Of a DNA stretch of 64,000 nt, positions 11,357 through 24,000 are shown in pieces. This DNA is from Hyaloraphidium curvatum SAG 235-1. Its lineage: Eukaryota > Fungi > Monoblepharomycota. A program made the position numbers and the translations under genes. The notes below the pieces were generated by a model that worked only from the letters and a program-made list of their open reading frames with translations, had not been told where the DNA came from and did not search any database. Numbering within the stretch: position 1 is the first letter of the stretch; each line of letters opens with the position of its first letter. The DNA lies in contig JAIVFI010000001.1 of assembly GCA_025558095.1 (NCBI GenBank), positions 558,001-622,000 on the forward strand, read 5' to 3'.

Positions 11357-13977
11357 ATGCCCGACAAGACGGGCGCGCGCCGGCCGGCGTCGACGTCGTC
11401 CGCGGCGTCGGACGACGAAAGGTCGTCGCTGCACGGCAACGACGAGGCCGAGGCGATGCTGTCGGCGTTCGCGCCCGTCAACGTCGCGCCGCCCGGCTCG
11501 ACTGGCTCGGGCTCGTCGGGCCTGAGCAGGACGCCGTCGACGCCGGTGCTGACAATCACGCCGTCGCGTGGGTTGCCCGGCCTTCCCACCTCGTCCCCTT
11601 AACGCCCATTATATGAAACGCCCCCCCAGTCAACGTCGTCAATGCGATCAAGAACAGGGCGGAGCGAAAGGCCCCGGAGCAGGCGGACCCGTCGATCTAC
11701 ACGCGGCCCGAGACGGGCGAGAAGGTGTCGACGCGCGAACGCGTGGTCAAAGGTCGGTGCGCCCCGCGCCGGCGGAAGGGCCGGGCTGCAACGGATCTGT
11801 GCGCAGACGTGCCGGCGCCGGCGGTCAAGAAGCCCACCGACGAGCAGTTCTACTCGGTGCCATTCGAGAAGCCGAACGTCGAGTTCCTCAAGACCCACTT
11901 TGGCGCCGAGGGCAGGCGAGTGCCGCATTATCCATCGGAACAAAAGCGTGGCGCGCTGAACGACGGCTTGTGGTAGGCTGACCAACGAGCAGGCCACGTG
12001 GCTCGTGAAGAAGGGCACGGAGCTGATGACGAAGGAGCCGAACCTGCTGGAGCTCGAGGGCCCCATCACCAGTGGGATTTCTGCGCTCGCCACGTTGCTG
12101 GAATATTGGAGGCTGAACGGGATCTCTTCCAGTTTGCGGCGACATCCACGGGCAGTACTACGACCTCATGAAGCTGTTCGAAGTCGGCGGCTCCCCAACG
12201 GACGTCAAGTACCTGTTCCTTGGCGACTACGTCGATCGCGGATACTTTAGCATCGAGGTATAGTGCGGCATTGGGCAGAGAATGGCTTCAATTAAAACCC
12301 TTCGGGCCACAGTGCACGCTTTTCCTCTGGGCCATGAAGGTCTGCTACCCGGACCGGATATTCCTCCTCCGCGGCAACCACGAGTGCAAGCATCTCACCG
12401 AGTACTTCACCTTCAAGCTCGAATGTCGGTCGCTGCCCCGCCGCCGCCCCGCCGCCCACCTGACCGACCCCATCCGCCTTCCAGGCATCCACAAGTACTC
12501 CGAGGAGCTCTACGAGCTCGTCCTCGAGTCCTTCTGCGCCCTCCCCCTCGCCGCCACGGTGAACAAGCAGTTCATCTGCGTGCACGGCGGCATCTCGCCC
12601 GACTGGGGCCAGGTGGAGGACATCAACGAGGTGGACCGGTTCCGGGAGCCGCCCACGCACGGGCTCATGTGCGACGTGCTGTGGTCGGACCCGCTGGAGG
12701 ACTACGATCGGTCCAAGGGGGAGGATCTGTTTGTGCACAACGACCAGAGGGGGTGCAGCTACTACTACAGGTCGGTCGCTTCGGCGTGGCGCCACCGCAG
12801 GACATTGACCTCGCTTTCCCAATCGTGCTCGCTCGCGCGACGGTGTCAATCTATGTCTCGTTGTGACCGACAGCTACCCCGCCGTGTGCGCCTTCCTCGA
12901 GCGCAACAACCTCCTCTCCCTCATCCGGGCCCACGAGGTCCAGGACCCCGGCTACCGCCTCTACAAGGCCCGCAAATCCACCAACTTTGCCAGCATGATC
13001 ACCTTGTTTTCGGCGCCCAACTACCTCGACACGTACAAGAACAAGGCGGCCGTGCTGCGGTACGACACCAACACAATGAACATCCGGCAGTTTTCGTGGA
13101 GCCCGCACCCCTACTGGCTGCCCAATTTCATGGACGTGTTCACGTGGAGCTTGCCGTTCGTGGGCGAGAAAGGTGCGGCTTTCGCGCGGTGCAAAGGAAC
13201 GCGGGCTGACTGGTTTCGCAGTCACGGACATGCTGCTCGCGATCGTGTCCATCTGCTCGCGCGAGGAGCTCGAGGAGGAGCTCGCGATCCGGCGGTCCAA
13301 GCGCAAGGCCCGCATCGTGATCAAGATGCCGGACGAGGCCACGGAGATGGAGGGCGTCGAGGCGGCGCCGGTGCCGGAGCTCACCGTCACCAGCCCCGAT
13401 GCGGGCGAGACCGCCGTCATCTCCACGGCCGTGAGCAAAGAGAAGCGGCAGGCGATGCGGAACAAGCTGCGGGCCGTCGGGAAGCTGGGCGGGATGTTCC
13501 GGGTGCTCAGGGAGGAGGCCGAGGCGCTGTCGGAGCTCAAGAACCTCATGGGGTCGGCGAGGCTGCCCGCAGGGAGCCTGGCCCTCGGCGCCGAGGGCAT
13601 CCGGCAAGGTGACTTGCTTTCCCTCAATATTGTCGAGATTCGGGCCCAACTGACTCGGTGCCACAGCCATTCTCACGTTCGAGGAGGCCCGCCGCGCCGA
13701 CCGCGACAACGAGCGATACCCGACCCCCGAACCCGACCGCCCGGCGTCGCCCGTCTCGGGCGAGGGCAAATCGCTCACGGGCTCGCTGAAGCGCGCGCCG
13801 TCGCTCAAGTCGGTGCAGAACCTGAAGCGGGAGAAGCTCGTCGACACGTCTGAGCAGCTGGAGGAGTCGATGGAGTACATGGACCTGGACGAAGAGGTGG
13901 GAGCGGACGGCGCGCTTTCCACGGTGCCTACTGACGTGTCTCGTTGACAGGCAAAGAGCGGGGCGCGATTCGATTGA
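11357..13977 (+). CDS. CNA1: calcineurin A (PP2B catalytic subunit)
   Basis: [53 protein letters not shown] (CnB-binding), CaM helix [20 protein letters not shown], autoinhibitory [16 protein letters not shown]; ~10 introns. Confidence 0.96.
11916..11976 (+). other. GC-AG intron in calcineurin A
   Basis: AG|GCGAGT...CTGAAC...TAG|G; removal restores the conserved EGRLTNEQA. Confidence 0.85.
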
Positions 13978-14088
13978 GAGCCGGAGGAGGGACTGGTCTT
14001 GCTATGTACCTAGGATTTGATGGAAAGGCCCTTCAAAGCAAAAGTCAGATTCCGTCCGGCGTACAAGCCGTATACAAGAGTTCCATCA

Positions 14089-15648
14089 TCATGCGTCGTC
14101 CTCCGGCCGCATCAGCACCAGCGTCCTCGCCACGGTGCCGCTGCGCAGCTGGTCGAGGCCCTCGTTGATTTGATCGAGGCTGATGGTGGACGAGACGAGC
14201 TCGTCCAGTTTCAGGCGCTGGAGCTCCGAGTCAGATGAAGCGGACGAGTGCGCGGCGAGTCAAGCTACCTTCTGGGCGTACAGGTCGAGGATCTTCAACA
14301 TGTCGGTCTGCGGTCGAGCCGAGCCGTCTGCGGGAAAGGTGAGCACAGAAGAACACCCGTCGTCAAGAGAACCCACAGAAGGAGCCCTTCAAGGTCTTTT
14401 CTTGAAGCGCAAGGGCAAATGCGGAGATGGCAGCGGTCTGGGTCTCGGCTGCGGAACGAGCGTGAGCACAAGAGCCAGGCCGCGACGACGACGTGACCCA
14501 CGCGCGATGCCGACTTCGATCGCCGTCCCGCCCGTCTTGACCATGTTGAAGCAGTTCTCCACGGTCCGCGCGCTCCCGATGGCGTCGAACGCAAAGTCCA
14601 CGCCCTTCCCGTCAGTGATCATGAGCACCTCCGCCACCACGTCCTGGACCTCCTTGGCGTTGATCACGTGCGTCGCGCCAAAGTCCTTGGCGTACTCCAG
14701 TTTGTTGTCGAGGATGTCGATGCCGATGATCTTCGAGGCCGACAGGGCGCGCGCGCCCTGGATAATGTTCAGGCCGACGCCGCCGCACCCGATGACGCAG
14801 GTGTCGTCGCCGGGCTTGATGCCGGCCGTGTTGACGGCGGCACCGTAGCCCGTCATGACGGAGCAGCCGACGAGGGCGGCGCGCTCCAGCGGCACGTTGG
14901 GCGAGATGACGAGGAGCTGCTCCTCGTGGATCACGGCGAGCTCCGAGAAGCACGACACACCGGCCATGTGGTAGGCCGGCTTCCCGTCGATTTTGATCCG
15001 GGTCTGCCCGTCGTGCAGCGTGCCGATGGGGGACTGGTGGCCCTGGCAGAGCATAGGTCGCCCGACTTGGCACTTGTCGCACCTGAGCGAATCCCGTAAG
15101 GCCGGCGCCAAGCAGGCCCCGGGTGGCGAAACCAACCTTCCGCAGTTTTTCTGGAAGATCGTGACGACATGGTCGCCCTCCCTGACGTTACGCACGCCCT
15201 TGCCGCACCGGATAACGACGCCGGATCCCTCGTGGCCCAAAACGCAGGGGAGGGGAGAAAGCACCGTCCAGTCCCCCTTGATCATGTGCAGATCTGTCAT
15301 AGAAGGTGGCCGCCAGCGTCAGCGACCGAACGGGCGCTGTGAGAAGCCATGATGGTGAACCAACCCGAGTGGCAGATGCCAGCTGTCGAGTGCCCGGGCG
15401 ACAGAGAGAACCGCGACCGGTCAGCAACCGTGTCCACGCCATGCCGACGGCGACTTCTCACCGGCCACGACCTGCACGAGGCATTCGCCGTCCCGCAGCG
15501 GGCCGACCTCGATCTCCTTGATGACGAGCGGCGTGTTGTACTCCGTGAGCACGGCGGCCTTGCAGCGCCACGTGAGGTTCTCGTCCGAAACGTCGTCCGC
15601 GCCCGCATCCGGATATGCTGCGGCGCCGTTGACCGTGACGGTCGCCAT
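14089..15648 (-). CDS. Zn-dependent medium-chain alcohol dehydrogenase (class III-like)
   Basis: AGICHSD (on an 18-nt micro-exon 15365-15382), LGHEGSG, structural Zn CGRCDKC..C, GCGGVG Rossmann motif, QEKTLKGSFYG, LKLDELVS. Confidence 0.93.
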
Positions 15649-15710
15649 CGTTCGGCTGTGGACGGGATGTTCGGCGCGGGCCGGCCGCCGCGGGTGCGCA
15701 ACAAACTCAA

Positions 15711-18076
15711 ATGCTCCCGAGGAGGTTTACCCGGCAGAGCGCCCTCCAACGTGTCATCTGTGATCGATCGAACTATGGAACCTCCCTGAATACCGTTCCG
15801 GGGCCTTGCTCGCCCGCATCCTGTTCGATTCACTCGCGAGCGACGGCGTCTCCCACGACATGCCTTCCCGCCACCACCTTCGCACCAGGGACTGCCACAA
15901 GGATTTTGCGGCCTTCTTTTGCCTACGGAGCTCGTCGTTTGCCGGGCAGGCAGCCTGCATTGTGCTCCGTTGTTGATACGTTCGCCAGGCCCCGCGCCTC
16001 CTCTGACTCGTTCGCCACGGCGCGCGGTGCGAGGCACAGCTCCACGGATTCTTCTCAGTCGGCCTCGCTTTCGCCTCTTGAGTACTCGCCCGATTATGTC
16101 CGATCGATCCTGGGGTCAGTTCAAACGATCGCAATGGTCGGCATCAGCTCGAACAGCCAGCGACCGAGCTATTTTGTCGCTAAGTACCTGCAAGAGAAAG
16201 GATACCGCGTTTTGCCCGTAAACCCTACCGCAAAGGGTGAGATACTCGGAGAGAAGGTCTGGTCGAGCTTGGAAGACGTAATCAGGGCCGGGATCAAGGT
16301 CGACATGGTGGACATCTTCCGGTCGAGCGACGCGGCCGGCCCCATCGTGGACGACATCATCCGGCTCAATGCGGACCTTCCCGAAGCCCAGCGGATCCGG
16401 GTGGCGTGGATGCAACTGACCGTGCGCAACGACGAGGCGGCCCGGCGCGGCAAGGAGGCCGGGCTCGAGGTGGTCATGGATCGCTGCCCAAAGATCGAAT
16501 TCGGGCGGCTCAGCGGGGAACTGGGATGGAGCGGCGTGGATTCGCGCGTCATTTCTTCCTCGAAGGTGGACAAGGTGCGCCCGGGGAGCAAGGGCGAGGG
16601 GACCGGCGGCTTCGGTTCGACAGGCGAGGAGCTCCACTACGGCTTCTTCACGAGGGCGGTGCACGCCGGCGCCAGGCCGGATCCAACGACGGGAGCCCGC
16701 GTGACACCGATCTACGCCAACACGTCCTACGTGTTCGACAGCGTGGACCACGCAGCATCCCTCTTCAACCTCCACACCTTTGGGTACATCTACAGCCGCC
16801 TGACCAACCCGACGCTGTCGGTTCTCGAGTCGCGCCTTGCTTCTTTGGAGAGCGGTGAAGCCGCTGTGGTCGCAGCTTCGGGTCACGCTGCCCAGTTCCT
16901 CCTCTTCTACACTCTGGTCAGCTCTAGTCTTTCGTTGGTTTGCCTTCCGCTGATCTGTGGTCTTCCTGCAGATGTCGGGCCAGGGCGACCATTTCCTGTC
17001 GAGCCAGTTCCTCTACGGCGGCACCATCACCCAGTTCAAGCACAGCTTCAAGAAGTTCGGCTGGAACTGCACCTTCTTCGACCCCCGCAAGCCGATCGAG
17101 GAGCTGCGCGCGCTCGTGGATCCGGTCAAGACCAAGGTCATCTTCTGCGAGTCCCTCGCCAACCCCGGTGGCCGCGTCACGGACCTGGCCAAGATGTCGG
17201 CGCTCGCCAAGGAGTTTGGGATCGTTCTGGTCGTGGACAACACCCTCGCGTCGCCATACCTTTGCCGTCCGATCGAGCACGGGGCGGACATCGTGGTGGA
17301 GAGCACGACCAAGTGGCTGTCGGGCCAGGGAAGCGCCATGGGAGGCGTGGTCGTCGAGTCCGGGAAGTTCGACTTTTCCGGCGCCTCGTTCGGGCACCAG
17401 GAGACCAAATACCCGAGCCTCGTGAACCAGGAGCCCGCCTACCACGGTCTTCGGGTGCGTTACACTTCGCCGGTGCCGGCTGTGAGCACGATGCTGATTC
17501 GTCTCATTGTTCCAGTTCTACGAGACCTTCGGCACGTTTGCGCTCACGAGCCACATCCGCGCCGTCGCCCTACGGGATTTCGGCCCCACCATGTCGCCCC
17601 AGAACGCCTTCCTGACGATCCAGGGCACCGAGACGCTCCCCGTGAGGATGGAGCGGTCTTGCAACACGGCGCTGGAGGTGGCCAAGTACCTCGAAGGCCA
17701 CGAGGACGTCGCCTGGGTTTCCTACGCGGGCTTGGACACGTCGCCGGACCGCGAGCTGGCTAAGAAGTACATGCGCAACGGGCTCGCCGGCGGCGTCTTC
17801 ACGTTCGGCCTGGCCGGCGACAGCAACGAGATCGCCTTCCGCCGCGGCGTCAAGTTCGTCGAATCGCTCAACCTCTTCTCGCACCTGGCCAACGTCGGCG
17901 ATTCGCGGAGCCTGGTGCTGCACCCCTCCAGCACCACGCACAGGCAGCTTTCGGCGGAGCAGCAGATCGCCGCCGGGGCCGGGCCGGACGTCGTGAGGTT
18001 GAGCATCGGGCTTGAGGACGCGGCGGACCTGATCCGCGACCTGGAGCAAGCGCTGGACAAGGCTTCGAAAGTGTAG
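15711..18076 (+). CDS. metY: fusion of CoA-binding (YccU-like) domain and O-acetylhomoserine sulfhydrylase (MetY/Met17)
   Basis: One ORF runs from TIAMVGISS..RPSYFV..GYRVLPVNP..DMVDIFR..WMQL..VVMDRCPKIE into TRAVHAG..TPIY..YIYSRLTNPT; PLP Lys in STTKW; SHLANVGDSRSL..HPSSTTH; introns 16917-16971 and 17455-17515. Start codon uncertain. Confidence 0.92.
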
Positions 18077-18203
18077 ATATTGCTTGCCTTCGCATTTTGA
18101 AGAGGATGAACATGAGCGAAAAGTCCGTCTCAAAATCCGATTCTTTCGTGCACTTCGAGTCGACACGTCACCGTCCAATCACCACAACGAACAACCACCG
18201 ACA

Positions 18204-19015
18204 ATGGCCGCTCCGAACAAGCCGCCGGTCCTTTCGCAGGGAGTTTCTGTGTCCCAGCCCGATGACAACAAGACCTCGGTGACCAAGGAGGCAGCGGGCG
18301 GCCTTGCGACCGTGCGTTGAGGACTGCTCGCCGCGATGCCTTCCCTGACGCGCAACTGCCCCCGGTGCGCAGGTCTCGACGGCCCTGGACCCGATGCCGC
18401 ACTACGGTCTTGCCGCCGCGTCTCTCGCCGGAAGCGCGTGAGTGGCCATGGATGGCCAGGCCAACGAGGGACGCCATCCTGATTGGACCTCGCTATACTC
18501 CATTGCCGCTTCTCGTTCTCTGCACCTCCGAAGTTACTACATGATGAAGAAGCCGCCTCAGCCTGGCATGCTCCCGTTCGCTCTCGCGGTCGCTGGTCTC
18601 GGATACGGCTACGGCGGGTGGGTGAAGCCGTCGATCGCTGTTCTCTGGCATCCTCATCCATTCGCTCGTCCAGTTACTGCCTTTCGAAGACGGACAGGAG
18701 CACGCAGAGGTTCGGCTACGACGTCTCCGTGGCATCGTCAGCGCTCCTCGCCGGAGCCACCCTGCCGACCGTGTTCTCCGCGGGGCTCTTTGCCGATCTC
18801 TTCCAGACCGCCTTTGCTACGTGGGTTTGACGTCGCCGGGCCCACTGGTAGGACTGATTCGCGTATCCTTCAGCGTCGGAACGATCAGCCTCGTCGGCAA
18901 CACGAACAAGGCGTGGGTGCGGCTTGGGTCTTGGTCGATCACCGACTCAACCTGCCCTTCCAGCTACCAGATGCGCACCGGGCAGCCCAAGGACCTCAAC
19001 ATCCAGCGCAAGTGA
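18204..19015 (+). CDS. small TMEM14-like membrane protein (6 exons)
   Basis: Spliced product ...PHYGLAAASLAGSAYYMMKK...GYGYGGYCL...GYDVSVASSALLAG...KAYQMR...; canonical introns. Confidence 0.7.
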
Positions 19016-19110
19016 GACGAAGGCAAGAGATTTCTTCAACGACATTCGGACATAGAAATGCTTTTGTTGGCCGCCAACGGGCAATCTAGCAATGATCCCG
19101 CCTGAACCCT

Positions 19111-20537
19111 TCAGTACTCGTGCGAATGCGCCTCCGAAACCGAATGTCCGTTGACAGGGTGGTGTCCCTCGTGGCCCGGCTTCTCGAACGCCGACGCCAG
19201 CAGGGCCGCCTTCTTCCACCTCGCCCACACGAGCTCCTTCTTGTCCGAGAACGCGTCCGTCGGCGAGAAGGCTTCGCCGCGCGGCGACAGGGCCGGGGTG
19301 CAGCACACGATCCGCCTGAAGAAGGGATGGTGGATGACCTCGTGCATCGTGGCACGGTTGGCCGGATCCGCTTGGAGCATCCGCCGCGCCAGGTCCAGGG
19401 CGTCCGGGGGGAGGTGGGCCGAGTGGCTCTCGGGGAGCTCGCCTTTCTTCTGCCAGTTCACGAAGGCGCGTTCCGAAGAGGCGGCCGCGGGCCACGGGAA
19501 TTGGTGGGTGGGGCTGGCCAGGACCAGGAGGAGGATTCCGAGGGAGAAGACGTCGGTAAGGCGGGCGTCGAACGAGACATCCTGGTAGGTCTCGGGAGCC
19601 TGGAACATTTTCGTGCCGACCATGCCCTTGATCTTCCGGACTTGGTTGGTCTCGGGATCGAAGTACGGGAACGCCGTGCCAAAGTCGATGAGCTTGAGGG
19701 TCTTGATCTTGGGCATCCAGACGAGGTTGTCGGGCTTGATGTCTTGGTGCGCGAAGCCGACCTCGTGCTTGCGGAAGCGCGGATCGTCAGAGTTGAACCC
19801 CCGAGAGGGCAGAGTGGTGGTGAACCTACCATATGTGCGACGGCCGAAACCGACTGCTTCCACAAGCACGCCCATTCTGCGGCGTTACCGACCCCGCCTT
19901 TCAGTTTTCCTTTTGTCATGGCGTCCGAGATGGTTCCGCCCTCGGCATACTCCATTACCAGCACGAATTGGCCGACCTTATCGTCAAAGAGCATGTCGAA
20001 AGTCTGCAGCACATTCGGGTGCCGGGCAACGGCAGAAGCACAGATCCATTCCCTCTGCGCCCTTCTGGCGTAAGCTTCGAAGGCCTTCTCCTTCATGGGC
20101 GTCCGGAACAGCGCCTTCGTGGCCAGCACCTGTCCGTCGCTGGTGCGCTTCACGAGCACCAGCTTCCCCTGCGCTCCTTTGGCCAGAGTTCCGCTAATCG
20201 GAACATGGTCGACGCCGAGGAGTTTCTTTGGGTCGATGAGGACCTTGCCGTTCGCGTCGAAGGAGCCGGCGGACCCCAGGGACGCGGAGGAGAGCGACGC
20301 CAGCGTCCGCGTGATCTTCTCCATGTTGAGCGACAACGAGGTTTCTTGGAACGAGCTGGAGGTCGCGCTCCTGGGGGATGAGACCACGCTCCCGGGCGAC
20401 GAGAGCACGGGGGATCGCGGCGTGGCCGGTGGCGGCGCCGCAGCGTGGGCGCCGTTCGGCACGGGCCCGCCGGGGCGCGGGGCATCTTTGGCGTCCGACC
20501 CCTTCGAGCCCCGTCGTAGAAAGTCGACGATGCCCAT
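19111..20537 (-). CDS. Ser/Thr protein kinase, NPR/HAL-like
   Basis: LATK, HPNVLQTFD, VMEY, HQDIKPDN, IDFG, APE, DVFSLG, FPW..A; one intron. Confidence 0.9.
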
Positions 20538-21002
20538 CGCCGCGCCTGGGATCAAGCGCTGATGTTGTGTGTGTCCCCAACTCGCCAACTCGATAAGCCG
20601 GGCTGCCCCTGGCCTGGGTCCGCAGCACGTCACGCCGCCCACCCGCCGCTCCGCTTCCCACGCCTTCCATCGCTATCGGTATGCAGATCGGCCGGTCGTG
20701 CATGAAAGCTTCGAGTTATCGATGATGATAGCTCACCTCATCTGCGCGCGATCCCCGAGCCAACAGTCATGTGATTCACTGGATGGAGAATGTGCCATCT
20801 CGGCAAATCCGCACAACTAGACCTCGAATTCAGTGAAACTTGCCGAGTATTAGCTTGACCGTGAACCCCGGTTCTTGCAGCGTGCGGGGGGATCGACAGG
20901 GGGGCTCTTTTCAGGGTCCGCCGCCGTCCCGCCCTGGCCGACGGCCCTTGAAACCGAGAAGCAAACTCGCCTGGGAGCGCTCCCGACTGTTTGCGGGCCA
21001 CC

Positions 21003-24000
21003 ATGGCGTCCCCACAAGACCCAGTGGTGTCTGCGTCGACGGCAAACGTGACGCCGGCCGAGGCTCTCGGCTCGGCGGCCTCGACGGGCACCGGCGGGGC
21101 CGCTCCGCCCTCGTCGATCCCGCTCGCGGACCTTGGCGCCTCGGCGGCCCCGCAGACGACTGCGGCGCCCGCGACCACGACGACGATAACGATGCCGGGC
21201 CCCACGAAGGCGCCGGAGACCGTCGGCGTGCCACCCGCCGCGGCCGCGCCGGCATCTGCCGATGCCATAACAACGCTCCCGGCCGTGGACGGCGGGAAGC
21301 CGACCGACGCTGCTGGCGGCGTGGTGGCGAATGGAACTGCGGGCACGGGAGCCAAGGCGGACGGGACGGACGCCAACGCAATGGCCGCCGATCCGTACGC
21401 GGACATCTTTGCCCAGGCGACGGAAGCGCAGCAGAAGCAGGACGAGCTCGACGAGGACAAGGTGCGATACCTTGCCGGCGCCGAGGTCCAGCCTGGGCTC
21501 TCTGGCGTGCTTCGATCCCTCGCTGACCCCGCGCCCACGGAATGCCCCTGATTCAGGTTGTTGTCCTTCGCGGCCTCGCAACGAGCACCTACTTCTCGCT
21601 GCGGCGGTTCTGGCATGCTTATCTGCTCTTTTCGGTCTATCTGATCATTGTCATTTGCGGTGAGTCGGCTCTTCGGCCGCGCGCCATGATGCCAGAAGAC
21701 TGACCAATCTGTGCCAGCCATGTCGATCCAGCTCTCGCTCTTCTTCACGCTCATTGACCCCACGGGCACCGCCGTCAATTTCTCGCGGATCGCCGCCAGG
21801 CTGTCGGCCTCCCTGCTCGTGGCCATCCTGTTTTCCATCTTCTCGTCCCAGTGCTGGGAGGTCCTCCGCGCCTTCTGGCGCGGCGAGGACGCCCTGGTCC
21901 TGCGCAAAGGCGGCTACGTTCGAGGCTGGCCAAAGGGCCTTTCCAAGTTCATCGATATCATCTCGCAGATCGCCGTGATTATTCTCATGGACATCGGACC
22001 GATCATTGCAGCTTTCGGTCTTTTCAAAGGAGACAACGGGCAGTTCATCGGGTACTTCTTCACTGCCGGTGCGTACTAGTCTGTCGCGTCGCCAGATGGT
22101 GCAGCTGACTGCCTGTTCACCTCCAGCACTGACCGGCGCTGGCGTGGTCGTTGTCATCAAAATCCTGCTCGAGTTCATCAACGGAGCCTACCAGCTCATC
22201 ATGCTGTGCGTTCGCCGCAAGTGGCAGCCCATCCCCACGCTCCGGCAGATCACGCGGAAGGCTGGGTACCAGCAGCTCGAATCCGAGCAGCTCTTCACCA
22301 CGAGGAAGAGCACCCGCGACTGGTTCTGCCTCTGGATCGTCGACAGGAGCCAGGACTCCGCAGGCGGCATGCTGCTGGCCTGTTTCCTCATCATCGTCGT
22401 CGGCGTCTTTGTCATTCTGGGCACGATCATATCGAGCTGGTTTATCATGGCAGAAGGTTCGCTCCCGCTACCCGGATCGTTGTTGTGGATCTGACCAGTT
22501 CTGTAAAGCCGTCTACCTGGCCTTCATCTTCATTTCCTGGGGCTGGATCAAGATTTGGGACCCCGTCATTGACTACGCGAAGAAGGAGGAGGAGTTCAAC
22601 GAGCTCACGCCCCTCGAACGGACCCTGATCGACCGCGACCTGGGCGGCTTCGACACCAAGTTCAACGTTGGTCCTGCCCCGCCCAGCTTTGGACTTTACT
22701 GATTCTTTCTGAAAACAGGTGCGGCCGATCATCTACCCGTGGTCCACTCCCACCCTCCGCTACGCGTCTCTCATGCTCATCTTCGGCCACATTGCGCTCA
22801 TGATCTGGATGTCGGTGCTCATCGGCCTCAAGGGCTACTCGCTGCTTCTTTTCTTGAACCTGTACATCGCCATCCCGTACATCGTCATCTTGTGCTTGTA
22901 CGTCTACTCGATGCACCCATCGAACTGGAAGTCGGACAAGGCCAAGTCTTGGTGCGTGCCAGCGTCATCTCTTCCGTAATCTGCTGACTCGTCTCCGCGA
23001 AGGCTCGAGAAGCTCAAAGTCTGGCAGCTCCAGGTGGATGCTACGAAAAGCTTCAAGGGCGTCGACGGGAACCAGAAGCCGGACATGCTGAAGCCGTTCC
23101 TGAGCACGTACACAATAACCCTCACCGTCGTCCTGATCGCCATCCCCCTTGTTGCCGCGGTCGTCTTCCTGATCTACTTCTTGGCAACATCCAGCGCCAA
23201 CGCGAACACTGCTTTGGTCGGAGGTGGGTGCCGAAGCGCGCAGCCACATTGCACACTCTGATGAGCCTGGACGGTAGTGTTTGCCGCCTTTTACCTGGTC
23301 TTCGCCATCGCGATCGTCTTTTTCCTGACCCGCGCCGTCGTCGGATTCCCGACCGAGGCCTTCCTCGCCTCCTACGTGATCCTCATGTTTGTCATCCTGG
23401 CCATCTTCACCACCGGCGTCACCTATACCGGAGACGTAGGCGGCGCGCAGGCGAACGCCGCGCCGCCCAGCACCCCGATTCCGCCATCTACGAGGCCCTT
23501 CCCGGCCTGCGAGTACACGCTTTTCAACCAGTCGATCGTCACCATGGCCTTTGCCGCGGCCATCGCGTATGACCTGCCTCAGAACGCCGGGAACGACGTG
23601 CTGCTCTGGCTTGGACCGCAGTACCAGATCGCGTACCAGTGGATCGAGCCCACGCTGCAGTTCTACGACTTCCGCAACGGGAACCTTTCGATCATCTCGG
23701 TGCGCGGCACCGCGGACGCCACTTCTGCCCTCATCGACATGGATCTCTGTGGGTGTTGCAGAATCCCTCTGTTGGCCGACGCCGTCTGACGCTTGGTACA
23801 GGGTCCCAGATCGCCATGTTCCAGTTTGTCGACATCGTGGTCCCCCTCATCCGCGTCTGGCCTATCGAAGTCACCCGCGCGATCGTCAAGTTCACCTCCA
23901 TCGGCGCCTGGATGGACGACACGCCGCTGTACGAGCCTCTGGTGGACTACATCCAGCAGGTGCAGGCACAGGGGCTCAACGTCATCGTCACCGGGCACTC

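Noticed and set aside
14380-14420. Suspected frameshift in the ADH A-run
   Set aside because: Recounting gives CAA GAA AAG ACC, which is in frame (QEKT).
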